64,000 bases of DNA from a virus, in the IMG/VR virus record IMGVR_UViG_3300037493_004064, positions 23,737 through 87,736 of that record; one strand, 5' to 3'. Below, in pieces: positions 8,979-21,300 of this stretch (position 1 is its first letter; every line of letters starts with the position of its first letter). Below the pieces are notes generated by a model that was given only the letters and a program-made list of their open reading frames with translations, searched no databases and was not told the origin of the DNA. The translations under genes were made by a program, and so were the position numbers.

Positions 8979-11900
8979 TGGCGACCTCCAGCAGACAATC
9001 CTCATTATTCGGTGTAAATGACTGGAAGGCCATTTACCAGACGTTTCGTGAAGCAGATTTTCGTTCGTATGATTACGAAACGCTGCGTAAGAGTTTCATT
9101 GACTATCTTCGCGCTTATTATCCGGAGACATTCAACGACTATATTGAGAGTTCTGAGTTCATTGCCCTACTTGATGTCATGGCATTCATGGGTCAAGGGC
9201 TGGCATTTAGAAACGATCTGAACACCCGTGAAAATTTCATTGATACTGCGGAACGCCGAGATTCAGTTGTCAAGCTGGCCAATCTTGTAAGTTACACCTC
9301 CAAGAGAAATCTAGCCGGTCAAGGCTACCTAAAGGTCACCAGCATAAAGACCACACAGAACATCAATGACCTCAATGGATTGAACCTGTCAAATCTTCCT
9401 ATTCTATGGAACGATCCTGCTAACCCTAACTGGCTTGCACAATACAACACAGTTGTTAACGCCGCGCTGACAAATACTCAGCGTGTTGGTCACCCTGGTA
9501 ACTCGGCGCAACTTCTTGGAATTAAGACCGATGAGTATGCCATCAGCATCCCGTCAACTACACAACCAGTCGTCCCGTTCACATCCTCAATCAACGGCAC
9601 CACGATGAACTTTGAGTTATGTAGTGTGACCAGTGTAGGAACTGACTATGTGTATGAACTACCACCTGGACCAACCAGCCAGTTCAACATGCTCTATCGC
9701 AACGACAAGTTAGGATACGGCAGCCCTAACACCGGCTTCTTCTTCTACTTCAAGCAGGGTCAACTACAGAACTACACGTTCAATCTGGCCCAACAGATTT
9801 CCAACCAGGTTGTTGACATTGACATTCAGGGCATCAACAATACTGATACATGGCTATATCAACTTAGTTCTTCAAACGGTGCTCCGACTCTATGGAAGCA
9901 AGTTGAGAATGTATATGCCGATGCCTATCTCCAGACAGAATCAAGCATCCGGAGGATCTTCTCTGTAGTTTCCAGATTCAATGATCAGGTAAGTTACACA
10001 TTTGGTGACGGAGTATTCTCGGTCATCCCAGTTGGCACCTTCCGCGCGTATGTTCGTGCAGGTAATGCCCTGACGTACACCATTGACCCTACTGAGATGC
10101 AGGGCATCAGCGTCAATATTCCATACACAAGTCGCGTTGGTCGACAAGAAACGTTGACGATGACCTTGGCGCTTACGTCACCGGTTTCAAACGCCCTTGC
10201 CAGAGAATCTATTGCTGATATCAAGCAACGTGCCCCGACTCGTTACTATACACAGAACCGTATGGTCAACGGCGAAGATTACAACAACTTCCCGTATACC
10301 CTTTATAGTTCCATTATCAAGAGTAAGGCAGTGAACCGCAGTTCAGTTGGTGTCTCCAGGAACTTTGACTTATTGGATCCTACTGGTAAGTATTCCAGCA
10401 CCAACTCATTTGCCAATGACGGCGGCATATATCAGAACGGTGCTGACGGAACTGAACTGCTAAGAGTATCAAACAGTGGTGACATTCGCGCCTTCCTTTC
10501 AAATAAACTAACAGTTATCCTCGGTGGTAACAGAGCCACACAATACTATCTACAGAATTTTCCGAGATATAGCATCAACTCTGCATCCGGTGATGGCACC
10601 GTATATTGGCAAGGATGCACTGTGGACGCAAATAGTTTAACTGGATATTTCTATAACATCAATATAAGCGGAAACGTTCCAATTGCCACCGGTGTGTTCT
10701 CCACTCATAACATCAAGTATCTGACTAAGGGCGCCATGATAAAGTTTGAGGCGCCACCTGGCAAATACTTTGACAAGAATAACCGCCTTGTTTCAGGGAT
10801 TGCCTCCCCGTCAGACACCACGCTTATTTGGATTACCGTGTTAAATGTAATCGGAGATGGATACAATAATGGCGACGGGGCATTTACCAATGGCACCGGT
10901 CCGATCACTCTTAATGGATACGTGCCCACTGGTGCTGTCCTCACCCAAGTTATACCGTCGTTTGACAATACACTGCCGGATTCCTTGATTCAAGAATGTG
11001 TGACCAGAATGGAACTTCAACAGAACTTCTCTCTGTTATTCAACAACGCCCTGACCATTGCACAAGACCGTTGGAGCATAGATACATATGACGCCACTGG
11101 ATGGTTCGTAAACTTCCAGGCTAAGTCGGGTACCAATGAATACACCATATATTATCACAGCCTGGCATATTTCTTTGGTAGTGTCGCAGATACTCGATTC
11201 TCCTTTGAAACCGGTAAACTTGTGTTTGATCCGGTAAGCGGACGAATTCTTCAGGACTTTGTTAAGGTGCTTACCTCAAATACACAACCAACTTCTAACT
11301 ATCCACTGAGTGCTGATATCATGGCAAGTATCATTGGTCAGACTGTTGAGGCCGATGGATATGTAAATGACTTTCAAGTTGAGATTGCAAGCATCGATGT
11401 CAATGACAGAACCGTGGTGACCAATCCGGATTTCTTTAATGTAATCACCGGATATCAAGTTGGTAATACAAATATTGGTGTGTATGCCTTCTTCATAACA
11501 ATTGAAGATGCCATTAAACTCACCAGAGAACAACTGATTGCTTCTTCCTCAGTTAGTTATCAATACGCCACATCAAATCAAATAGAAGTGGTGAAATATG
11601 ATTACCCAGTGGGGCAGTTATTCTATGCCTATTCGGATAATAAGTTTTATGCATCAGTGCAGGATCATACCGTGCTTACTCCGTACTATACTTTAGTGGA
11701 GCAACCACAATACTCAATGAAGGCAGGTCGACAGGGTCTGGCTTTCCAGTATAGACATAACTCTAACAACACCACCCGTATTGACCCAGCGACTACGAAC
11801 ATCATTGATTTGTATGTGGTTACACAAGCATACTATACTGCTTATCGTAATTGGATTCAGGATACAACAAATACGGTGATCAAACCGAATCGACCAACAA

Positions 11901-12352
11901 TAAACGAGTTGAATCAGGCATATAGCAAAGTGCAGGACTATAAGATGTTGAGTGATTCAGTCATTCTAAATAGTGTGACGTTTAAGCCATTGTTCGGTAA
12001 TAAAGCGGATCCGGCTCTTCGCGCCACTATCAAAGTTATCAAGGCGCAAAAGACTGACGCCAGCGACAGCGAAATAAGAAGCGCCACACTGACAGCAATG
12101 AATACCTATTTTGACATCAATAACTGGAACTTCGGAGATACTTTTTACTTCTCCGAACTTAGCGCATACCTACACGATCAGGTGGGTGAACTCGTCAGTT
12201 CAGTTGTATTGGTACCAAACGATCCTACAATGTCGTTCGGTGATCTGTACGAAATAAAATCGTCTCCATATGAAATATTTGTTAACGGAGCCACAGCATC
12301 TAATATTGTTGTGATTGCAGCGTTGACACCGGTCGAACTACAAATAAGATGA
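8978..12352 (+). CDS. gp6: baseplate wedge protein gp6-like
   Basis: DF.SYDYETLRKSFIDYLR, ENFIDTAERRDSV..LA, FGDG.F..IP, ESI.DIK.RAP..Y.TQNRMV..EDY motifs; follows gp25. Confidence 0.88.
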   Translation: MATSSRQSSLFGVNDWKAIYQTFREADFRSYDYETLRKSFIDYLRAYYPETFNDYIESSEFIALLDVMAFMGQGLAFRNDLNTRENFIDTAERRDSVVKLANLVSYTSKRNLAGQGYLKVTSIKTTQNINDLNGLNLSNLPILWNDPANPNWLAQYNTVVNAALTNTQRVGHPGNSAQLLGIKTDEYAISIPSTTQPVVPFTSSINGTTMNFELCSVTSVGTDYVYELPPGPTSQFNMLYRNDKLGYGSPNTGFFFYFKQGQLQNYTFNLAQQISNQVVDIDIQGINNTDTWLYQLSSSNGAPTLWKQVENVYADAYLQTESSIRRIFSVVSRFNDQVSYTFGDGVFSVIPVGTFRAYVRAGNALTYTIDPTEMQGISVNIPYTSRVGRQETLTMTLALTSPVSNALARESIADIKQRAPTRYYTQNRMVNGEDYNNFPYTLYSSIIKSKAVNRSSVGVSRNFDLLDPTGKYSSTNSFANDGGIYQNGADGTELLRVSNSGDIRAFLSNKLTVILGGNRATQYYLQNFPRYSINSASGDGTVYWQGCTVDANSLTGYFYNINISGNVPIATGVFSTHNIKYLTKGAMIKFEAPPGKYFDKNNRLVSGIASPSDTTLIWITVLNVIGDGYNNGDGAFTNGTGPITLNGYVPTGAVLTQVIPSFDNTLPDSLIQECVTRMELQQNFSLLFNNALTIAQDRWSIDTYDATGWFVNFQAKSGTNEYTIYYHSLAYFFGSVADTRFSFETGKLVFDPVSGRILQDFVKVLTSNTQPTSNYPLSADIMASIIGQTVEADGYVNDFQVEIASIDVNDRTVVTNPDFFNVITGYQVGNTNIGVYAFFITIEDAIKLTREQLIASSSVSYQYATSNQIEVVKYDYPVGQLFYAYSDNKFYASVQDHTVLTPYYTLVEQPQYSMKAGRQGLAFQYRHNSNNTTRIDPATTNIIDLYVVTQAYYTAYRNWIQDTTNTVIKPNRPTINELNQAYSKVQDYKMLSDSVILNSVTFKPLFGNKADPALRATIKVIKAQKTDASDSEIRSATLTAMNTYFDINNWNFGDTFYFSELSAYLHDQVGELVSSVVLVPNDPTMSFGDLYEIKSSPYEIFVNGATASNIVVIAALTPVELQIR

Positions 12353-12359
12353 GATAAAC

Positions 12360-15300
12360 ATGGCACCAAGAATCAGGACATTAAACTTTCTTCCGGATAT
12401 TTTCAGAACACCGACGAACTCGCAATTCCTACGCGCAACATTGGATCAGGTTGTTGACCAACCTAACATTCAACGAGTTGAAGGATACATAGGTAGCAAG
12501 TTGGGATACGGTATTAATGCCAAGGACAAGTATGTAACGGAACCAACTAAGGTTCGCACAGATTATCAACTGGCACCTGGCGTCACCTTCCTGAAAAATA
12601 ACACTAGCACTGCTCAGGACTTCATCAGTTATCCTGGTATCATTGATGCAATCAAAGTGGAAGGAGGGCTAACCAATGACAACTCACGATTATTCACCGG
12701 TGAGTTTTATTCATGGGACTCTTTCACAAATCTTGACAAGATCATAAACTTCAATCAATATTACTGGTTGCCAACTGGTCCGCAGGCCGTGATCATTGAT
12801 GCTGCCACAGTATATTCCGCCACAGACTACATTGTTGACAGTGTGGTAAATGGGTATAACATTTATTCCGGTACTGGCTCGCATGGAGCAACAAATCCAA
12901 CTCTTACCCTGTTGCGCGGTGGCACTTACACTTTTGCTGTAAATCAGAATAGTCAGTTCTGGATTCAGGGCGAACCTGGTATTACTGGCTTCTCGCACAC
13001 ACAACCTAATATGCAGACAAGAGATGTATATGGTGTGTCAAACAATGGAGCCGAGACTGGTGTTGTCACCTTTACTGTCCCGAGTAAAACGGCTCAGGAC
13101 TACTACAACTTTCCAGGAAATAACCTTGTTGATGTGGTATCTACATTAGGATTTGGGCAGGTCAACGGTCGCCGTCTATCTGAGATAGGCGGGAGCATAG
13201 ACGGCATCACCTCATTGGATGGGCTGACATTGATGTTCTATAATGGTCTGTCAGACGAGATTGCTAATTTCGGTGCATACGATGTACAGGAATTTGATCA
13301 AAACAATATTTGGATGAATGTAAGTTTTGATGATGATGGAATGATTTACCAACCAGTGAGTAGTTGGTTCTTTCAAATTCACTTCCTGTCGAACCCAGAA
13401 AATCCAAGTGATCCAATTATTCAACTTGTTCCTGTGTCGTCTATTCCTACTGACGAAAAGATTACTGCAACGTATGGAACTCAATGGGTAAATAGGAACT
13501 TCTTCAGAGACACATACGGATACATTGAATTGATCCCTTATATCAGTGCTCCGTTGAACACACTCTACTACCAAGACGGCACCACCGGCAATAAGGTCGG
13601 TGTCATCAAATTGATTGAGAGCAACACCACAAATACTCTTAACATATTGGATATTATAGGTAAAAAGACCTACACTTCGCCGAGCGGCGTGGTGTTCACC
13701 AATGGACTAAAGGTTATGTTCCAAGGTGCCATATACCCGACCAGTTACAAGAACAATGAATACTATGTTGAGGGAGTTGGAACTGCCATTGAATTAATAC
13801 TGGTGAATGACCTTGTGGTCCCGGAATTGTTCTCTGCTGGATCGTATATTCCGTATGATTCAACTGCGTATGACATTGGTAACTTTGACAGTCAACTATA
13901 CGTGCCTGTTGACCAAGACTATATTACAATCTCACGAAACGCCATTAACAAGAATGCATGGTCCAGAAGCAACAGGTGGTTCCACATTGATGTGATTAAT
14001 GCCACAGCAGTTTACAACAATGATCCTGCTTTGGCAAATGTTGCCACACACGAAAACAAAGCGAAACGCCCGATCATCGAGTTCTATCCTAACCTTGCCA
14101 TGTTTGATGCCGGCACATTTGGAAAGAACCCAATTGATTTCTTTGACTTCAGAACAACGGATGCTCTCACTTATGTCTCCGGACAACAACAATACTATCC
14201 TGACGTTGAAGTATACACGGACTATACTGGTGTAATTGCAGCAGTTACTGGAACATCAACTACTATTACGTTGGATAATAGTGCAATTCACGGAACCTTA
14301 GTCATTGGGCAATATGTTGCCGATTCAGAATCTGTTCTTCCTGAAAATACGCAGATTTCTTTAGTCGAAGTGTTAGGCCCAACAACAACAATCACATTGG
14401 AATGGGAGACATCAACTACCGTTTTGACAACATCCGGTGTCTCTCTAATTGCGACCACTACCACGGTGGATAACTACGCTCTATTCGACGGAGCCCGAGT
14501 GGTGTTCGCCGCCGATACAAACTTGACAGTGAGAAATAAGATTTTCGTGGCAAACTTCTCAACTGTCTCCGGAACTACCCCAGTTATTACTTTGACTGAG
14601 GCAGAAGACGGTGCCGTGATCGCCAGTGAACAAACTGTGGCATATCGTGGATACAATTATGCCGGGGAAACGTTCTTCTTCAATGGCCTCTCTTGGGAAT
14701 ACGGTCAGCAGAAGATAAGCGTCAATCAACCACCATTGTTTGATGTGTTCGATGGGAATGACCTTAGTTTTTCCGATCAAACAATTTATCTTGGGTCGTC
14801 GTTCAAGGGTTCTAAGTTATTTTCTTATAGGCTTGGATCCGGACTCAACGACTCTGTATTGGGCTTCCCAGTAAGATATAGTTCAGTTGATAACATCGGT
14901 GATATAAGTTTTGATGTGAGCATCAATCTTGATTCCTTTTCGTATGTTGCCGGAACCACACCTGAAACAAAGAAAGTTAATACAGGGTATGTGTTTAACT
15001 ACTCATCACCATCTGCACATGTTCGCCAGTTAGGTTGGCATACTGCCATTGCACCGAGCGTTCAATATCAGGCGTTTGAGTTTGCTTACTCTGCCCAGAC
15101 ACCAACTACCACATACATTTGCGACATACCAATGACAGCACAGACTGCCAACTCGTGGCCGTCGATACAAGTATATCTGAACAATGTTTTCCAAGTTGAT
15201 TCGGCTTACTCGGTCGTGGTGACGGATGTTACCACTGTTACTTTTGTAAACCCTGAACCATTGATTGACAACGTAATCCAGATTCTGCTGCTGAGTGATC

Positions 15301-18300
15301 AAGTAAGTGCCAATGCCTACTACACTCTTCCTATCAATCTAAGCAACAATCCGCTGAACGCAGATGTTACCGTGGTAAACATCGGTGACATTCGTGGTCA
15401 ATATCAGAGTATCTTCTACAATGCCCCGGGCCTTACTGGCTTAGTATTCGGATCTAACAACTACCGAGACTCCGGAGATTTAGTTCCATACGGTTCCTCT
15501 ATTATTCAGAATAGCGCGTCACTGGTGCTCCCAGGAACGTTCCTTCGTAAGCAGAATCATAATCTATTCCATGCGTTGATGTTCAACAGCCGAGAGTATA
15601 TCACTTACAAAACACTATTAGTTGATACCATTAACAATACAGAATATTCTGTGTTCCAATCAGCGGCCGCGATGCTCGATGACGCATTTGATCAGATCAC
15701 CGCAGTTAAGTCCGGAACCGATACTTTCTTCTGGAGCGATATGCTTCCGGCGAAGGCATCCTATATATCAAACACTTATCTCTTTGCAAACTCACTTGAT
15801 GTAAGTATCTACCCTCTGAGCAGGATCTATGACTTTACCAAGGCCAACTACTACGGTGTTCTTGTCTACCTGAAAAGGACCATCGGCGGGTTCCTACAGA
15901 CAATTCAGTTAATTAAGGGGACTGATTATTCAGTGTCAACAGATACACCGTCATTAACTATAACTCTGGACCTGGCACCAGGTGACGAGATTGTAATCAA
16001 AGAATACACACAAACATATGGCAGTTATGTTCCTAATACTCCAACTAAGTTGGGGCTGTATCCTGCCACTATTCCGACAGTTTATTTGGATACCTCATAT
16101 ACCACGCCGACATACTTCATCGTCGGTCACGACGGATCTTACAATAAGTTATACGGTGACTATGACGAAAACACCGGTCGTCTGATTGATTTCAGAGACC
16201 AGGTTCTATTGGAGTTTGAGAAGCGCATCTATAACAACCTGAAACTGAGCAATGTCATACCTATTCAGGAATATGAGGTCTTGCCTGGATTCTTCCGTGA
16301 TACCGGATATAGTTACTCGGAAATCCTACAGATTTACTCAGAGAGTTTCCTAAACTGGGTCGGTCAAAACAGGATCGATTACAAAACTCAGCACTACATG
16401 GCCAACGATGAGTTCACGTATAACTACCGTAACTCCGGCAACAAGATAAACAATGCTCCGATTGAGCAAGGTTTTTGGCGCGGGGCTTATGAGTATTTTT
16501 ACGACACAAGTTCTCCTGAGTTAACTCCTTGGGAAATGCTCGGCTTCACCAGCCAACCATCATGGTGGGAAACTCGCTATGGCCCGATGCCATACACCAG
16601 CGACAATTTGGTTCTATGGGGCGACCTTGCCCAAGGTATAAACTGGAACAACGGCGACCCAGTAGTGATTCCTCAGGCAGTGCGTCCTGAGTTACTACAG
16701 GTTCTGCCAGTTGACACTGCTGGCAATCTTGTTTCTCCATTTGTCTCATTAGTTGGTAACTACACTAACCAGACGTTCATTCACGATTGGGCAGTTGGTG
16801 ATGTTGGGCCGGCAGAGTTTAGTTATCGCCGTAGTAGTTCATGGCCGTTTGATCTGATGCGTATTCTGGCCCTGACAAAACCGGCAGCGTTCTTCAATCT
16901 TGCTGTGGACGTTGACAACTACAAATACAATGCAGAATTCGACCAGTATCTGGTCAATGATCGTAGTCACCTTGTAATCAGTGACGTTGAAATATATGGA
17001 TCCGGTACACCAAAAACAAGTTATATCAACTGGGTCGTTGATTATGAGAAGCAACTTGGAATAGACGCCACTCAACAAATCACTGACCTGTTGAGCAATC
17101 TTGATGTCAGGTTGGTCTATCGTGTCGCCGGATTCAGTGATAAGAACATGTTGAAGTTCTATGTGGAGAAGGGAACACCGAATAGCAACAATAGTTCATT
17201 GTTGATCCCTGATGAAAGTTACGCTGTGCTGCTTTACGACAACCAACCGTTCAATCGGGTTGTTTACAGTAGCGTGGCCATCCAGATTATACCACGCGGT
17301 GGATACAAGATTTTTGGTAACTCCCAGACAAACGCATACTTCAGCGTGATCAAACCTAAGATCAATGGGAACTACGAACAGGTTCAGATTGACAATCTTA
17401 GTGTTCAAGTGGCAAACGACTATTATGACACAGAAATGGTAATACCTTACGGCACAGAGTTTTACTCTGTCCAAGAGGTTGCCCAGTTCCTTGCAAGTTA
17501 TGGACGATATCTCCAATCTCAGGGTATGGTCTTCGACAAGATTGAAAATGGACTGGAGATCACCTGGGTTCAGATGGTTTCCGAGTTTCTATACTGGGCA
17601 CAAACTGGTTGGGAAGCCGGCAGCATCATCAACGTCAATCCAGCTGCTAAACTTCTGACCATTAATAAGGACAGTAATATTGTTCAGCCGCTTACTCTGC
17701 AACAACAGAACTTTGTGTTGAATCAAAATCTGTATCCAATCCAGTCAATTGATCTGGCTGTGGTGCGAGACGGGACTCTGTTCTCTGCTGAACCATTGAA
17801 CGAGGGCGATACCATCTCCTATGGCACCTTCAACATCAGCAACATTGAACATGGCATTGTATTTGATAATGTAACAGTGTTTAATGATGTCATCTATAAT
17901 CTGACAACTGGACTGCGACAAGACCGAATCATAGTTCGTGGTAGCAAGACCGCCGACTGGACCGGTGTAATCGACGCCCAAGGCTTCATACTCAATCAGG
18001 ACAACATCGCTGATTGGAGCAATACAACTAAGTATACTACTGGATCTATTGTAAAATACAAGAACAAATACTGGATTGCCATTGAGATTGTTCAGGCACA
18101 AGAGAAGTTTGACGAAACGCAATGGAAGCGCACTGACTACAATGAGATTCAGAAGGGCCTGCTGCCTAACTCCAGCACACGCTCATATGAGAGCACCCTG
18201 TATTACAATATCAACGTTGCCAATCTGGAAAAAGATGCCGATTTACTGAGTTTCTCCCTCATTGGGTTCCGACCACGTGACTATCTGGCAGTGGCTGATC

Positions 18301-21300
18301 TAACTGATATTACACAGATCAATGTTTACAGAAACATGATCAAGAACAAGGGCACCAGAAATGCCGTGAATGCCTTTAAGGGTGCCACGCTGTCACAAGG
18401 TGGTATTGACTATAACATCTATGAAAACTGGGCCATTAAATCTGCTGAATACGGCGGCACCCTCAATAGCAACTTCATTGAACTACGATTGAATGAAGGT
18501 GACCTTACTGGTAATCCAAGTATTGTTGGGCTGACCCGTGGCACTCCAACTGTTGGTGTCCAACAAGAAGTTCAAACATATTCACTGTTCAACTACGGCA
18601 GAGCAATCACCTCCCCTGATGTTCTACCACTGCTTGATAGTAATACACCATCAACACTTTACCCGGACGCAGGATATGCCAACTTCAATGATGTGAAGAT
18701 GTCATCTTACTTCTACTCTGGTATGTCAACGGCGGTTGATTCCTCAGGAGTCATTGTTCCTTTGAACGAACTGTATGTCAGAGATTATGTGTGGATTGCC
18801 AATCAGTTAGGCACCTGGCAGACATATACTCCGGTATCACTGGGTCAGATTACGAATGCCGCTAACAATCGCAATGGCACAGTAACAATAACCTTCAATC
18901 AACTACATGGTTTGACCAAGTATCAGTCCCTGGCTATTACTAACTTCAATGCCGATGTTGACGGTTACTATATTGCCACAACTATCGTTGACCCGTTCAG
19001 AATCACTATCAATCTGATGCTGAATCCTACGATTGCTAATATCAGCGGTATCGGTATCGGGTTCCGTTTCCAATCTCAGCGGGTAGATCAACCAAGCGAC
19101 ATCATCAACCTGCCACTGCTTGATAGTGAATTCACCAAGAACACTGTATGGGTTGACACTAATACCGACGGTGAGTGGGCCGTATATCGCAAAGGCATCA
19201 ACTACACTCATGCCCCTGAAATCACAAAAGACGGTTCACTGTCCTTTGGATCAGCAGTGGCATACACCGACGCATTGGGCTATCTGATTGGTGATGCTGA
19301 CGCCGGAGTAGCATACAGATACATCTACAATGCTCTCAGTAAGGACTATGTGTTGAATCAGACCATCACCAATGGTGTATCGTTCGGCTCCACTATATCT
19401 CATGCCGATAACATCTTTGTTGTATCGCAACCAACTGGCACTTTTTACACAGACAGAAAAGTTTATGTGTATGAACTGGTCACTACTATTCTTACCAATG
19501 AACTTCAATTGATACAAACTATAGTGGCACCAAGTGATGGCATAACATCCTGGGCCAGCGCCACTACTATATCAGGTGATAAGAATTGGCTGTATGTATC
19601 TGATATTGCCAATAATATAGTTTATGTATATCAGTGGTCTCCTGTAACTTCTCAATATGAATACGCCACTATCATAAATGGTTGGGATTACATTGTCACT
19701 GGAGCCGACGATCACTTCAGTTACTCTCTGTCAACTGATTACTATGGTGATACGTTGGTTGTCGGCGCACCTGATCAAAACTATGGTCCGCTTGAGAATT
19801 GGGGTTATTCTTATGTATTCGTTCGAGGCACTCAAAACTGGGAAGCAACTTATACCAGCTTATCTGCACAACAACAGTTGTTCACTTCGGCATGGACTAT
19901 ATCTCCTGGCACATCTACTAACGTTGTGTCAACCTCAGCAATAACAAATTATCTGACAACCTTTGTGGGTGATGAGCCTTTGGATCCGGGACAAGTCGGA
20001 GATCCGGTAATATTCTCCGGTTCATTATTCGGTAACCTTTCTCCAAATGTCGTCTATTATATTCAGTCGGTAGTTGGCGATCATACTTTTACAATTTCTA
20101 CTTCTCGTGGCGGAGCAGTAATGCCTCTGCTAACTGGCTCCGGTTCAATGACATGTAACTTCCAAACTCCATTGTATGTAAGTGTAAACGGAACTCTTGT
20201 GGATGACAGCAACTATGCCGCGATCGGCACTTCTTTGGTGTATGTCGGTGGACTATCTGCTGGTGACATTGTAAACGTCGGATCGTCTGATTTTATTCTG
20301 GAACAGACACTAACCACTGAAACAACACCGAGAATCGGCGTGAAGTTTGGTAACTCAAATGACACCACAAGATATGCCAGCGAAATTATAGTTGGCGCTC
20401 CGTTTGAACTTGACACGCAACAGATTGAAGGTGCCGTGTTCAGATTCACTAATGCCGGATGCAAATACGGTATGATCATCGGAACCGAAGACTGCATCAT
20501 CGCTTCTCCTGTGACTATTCTGCTAAACGGGTATGCTGTCACTCTACCAGTCGGTGATGCCACAACAGCAGCGGCTGCAATAAATGGTGCCGGTATTACA
20601 AATATTCAGGCAGCAGCAGCCAGCAACAAACTGATCATTCAATTGATCAATCAGTCACTGGCTATTCCGAACAATAAACTTACGCTGACTGCAAATGACT
20701 CCGGAGTTCTACCTCAAACTGGTATTCAAGTATACACTCAAACTCAGTTGATCATGGCTCCTCATACAGAGAAAACATGTCAGTTCGGTTCCACAGTTAA
20801 GTTTAATGAATTCGGTTCATTTGTGGCGTCTGCACCGTCTGGAACCCGATATGAAGCAACAACGTTTGACTTCACTGATGATGAAAACGATAACGATACG
20901 GTGTTTGACAACAACACAACTCAGTGGGTTGACACATTTGCCAACGCCGGTGCTGTATACATGTTTGATTACCTTGGTAACTATGATGAAAGTCTGTCAA
21001 ATATTGGTAACTTTGTATATGCACAAAGCGTCAATGATACCAATGTTGAGTATGGTGCTCAGCCAATGTATGGGCATGCTCTTGCCTTTAACAACAATGT
21101 AGTCATAGTCGGCACTCCGGGATTCAATCCAGGCTTTGTGAACGGTCAAGTAACTAAATATACCACTACTCTCGGAACAGATTGGTCGGTTCATAGACAA
21201 TCAGGGCCTATAGTTGATGTGGATCGTATACAGGACATTCAGTTGTTCAGTGCGCTTACTAATACCACACTGGACAATCTTGACTTTATGGATCCGCTGC

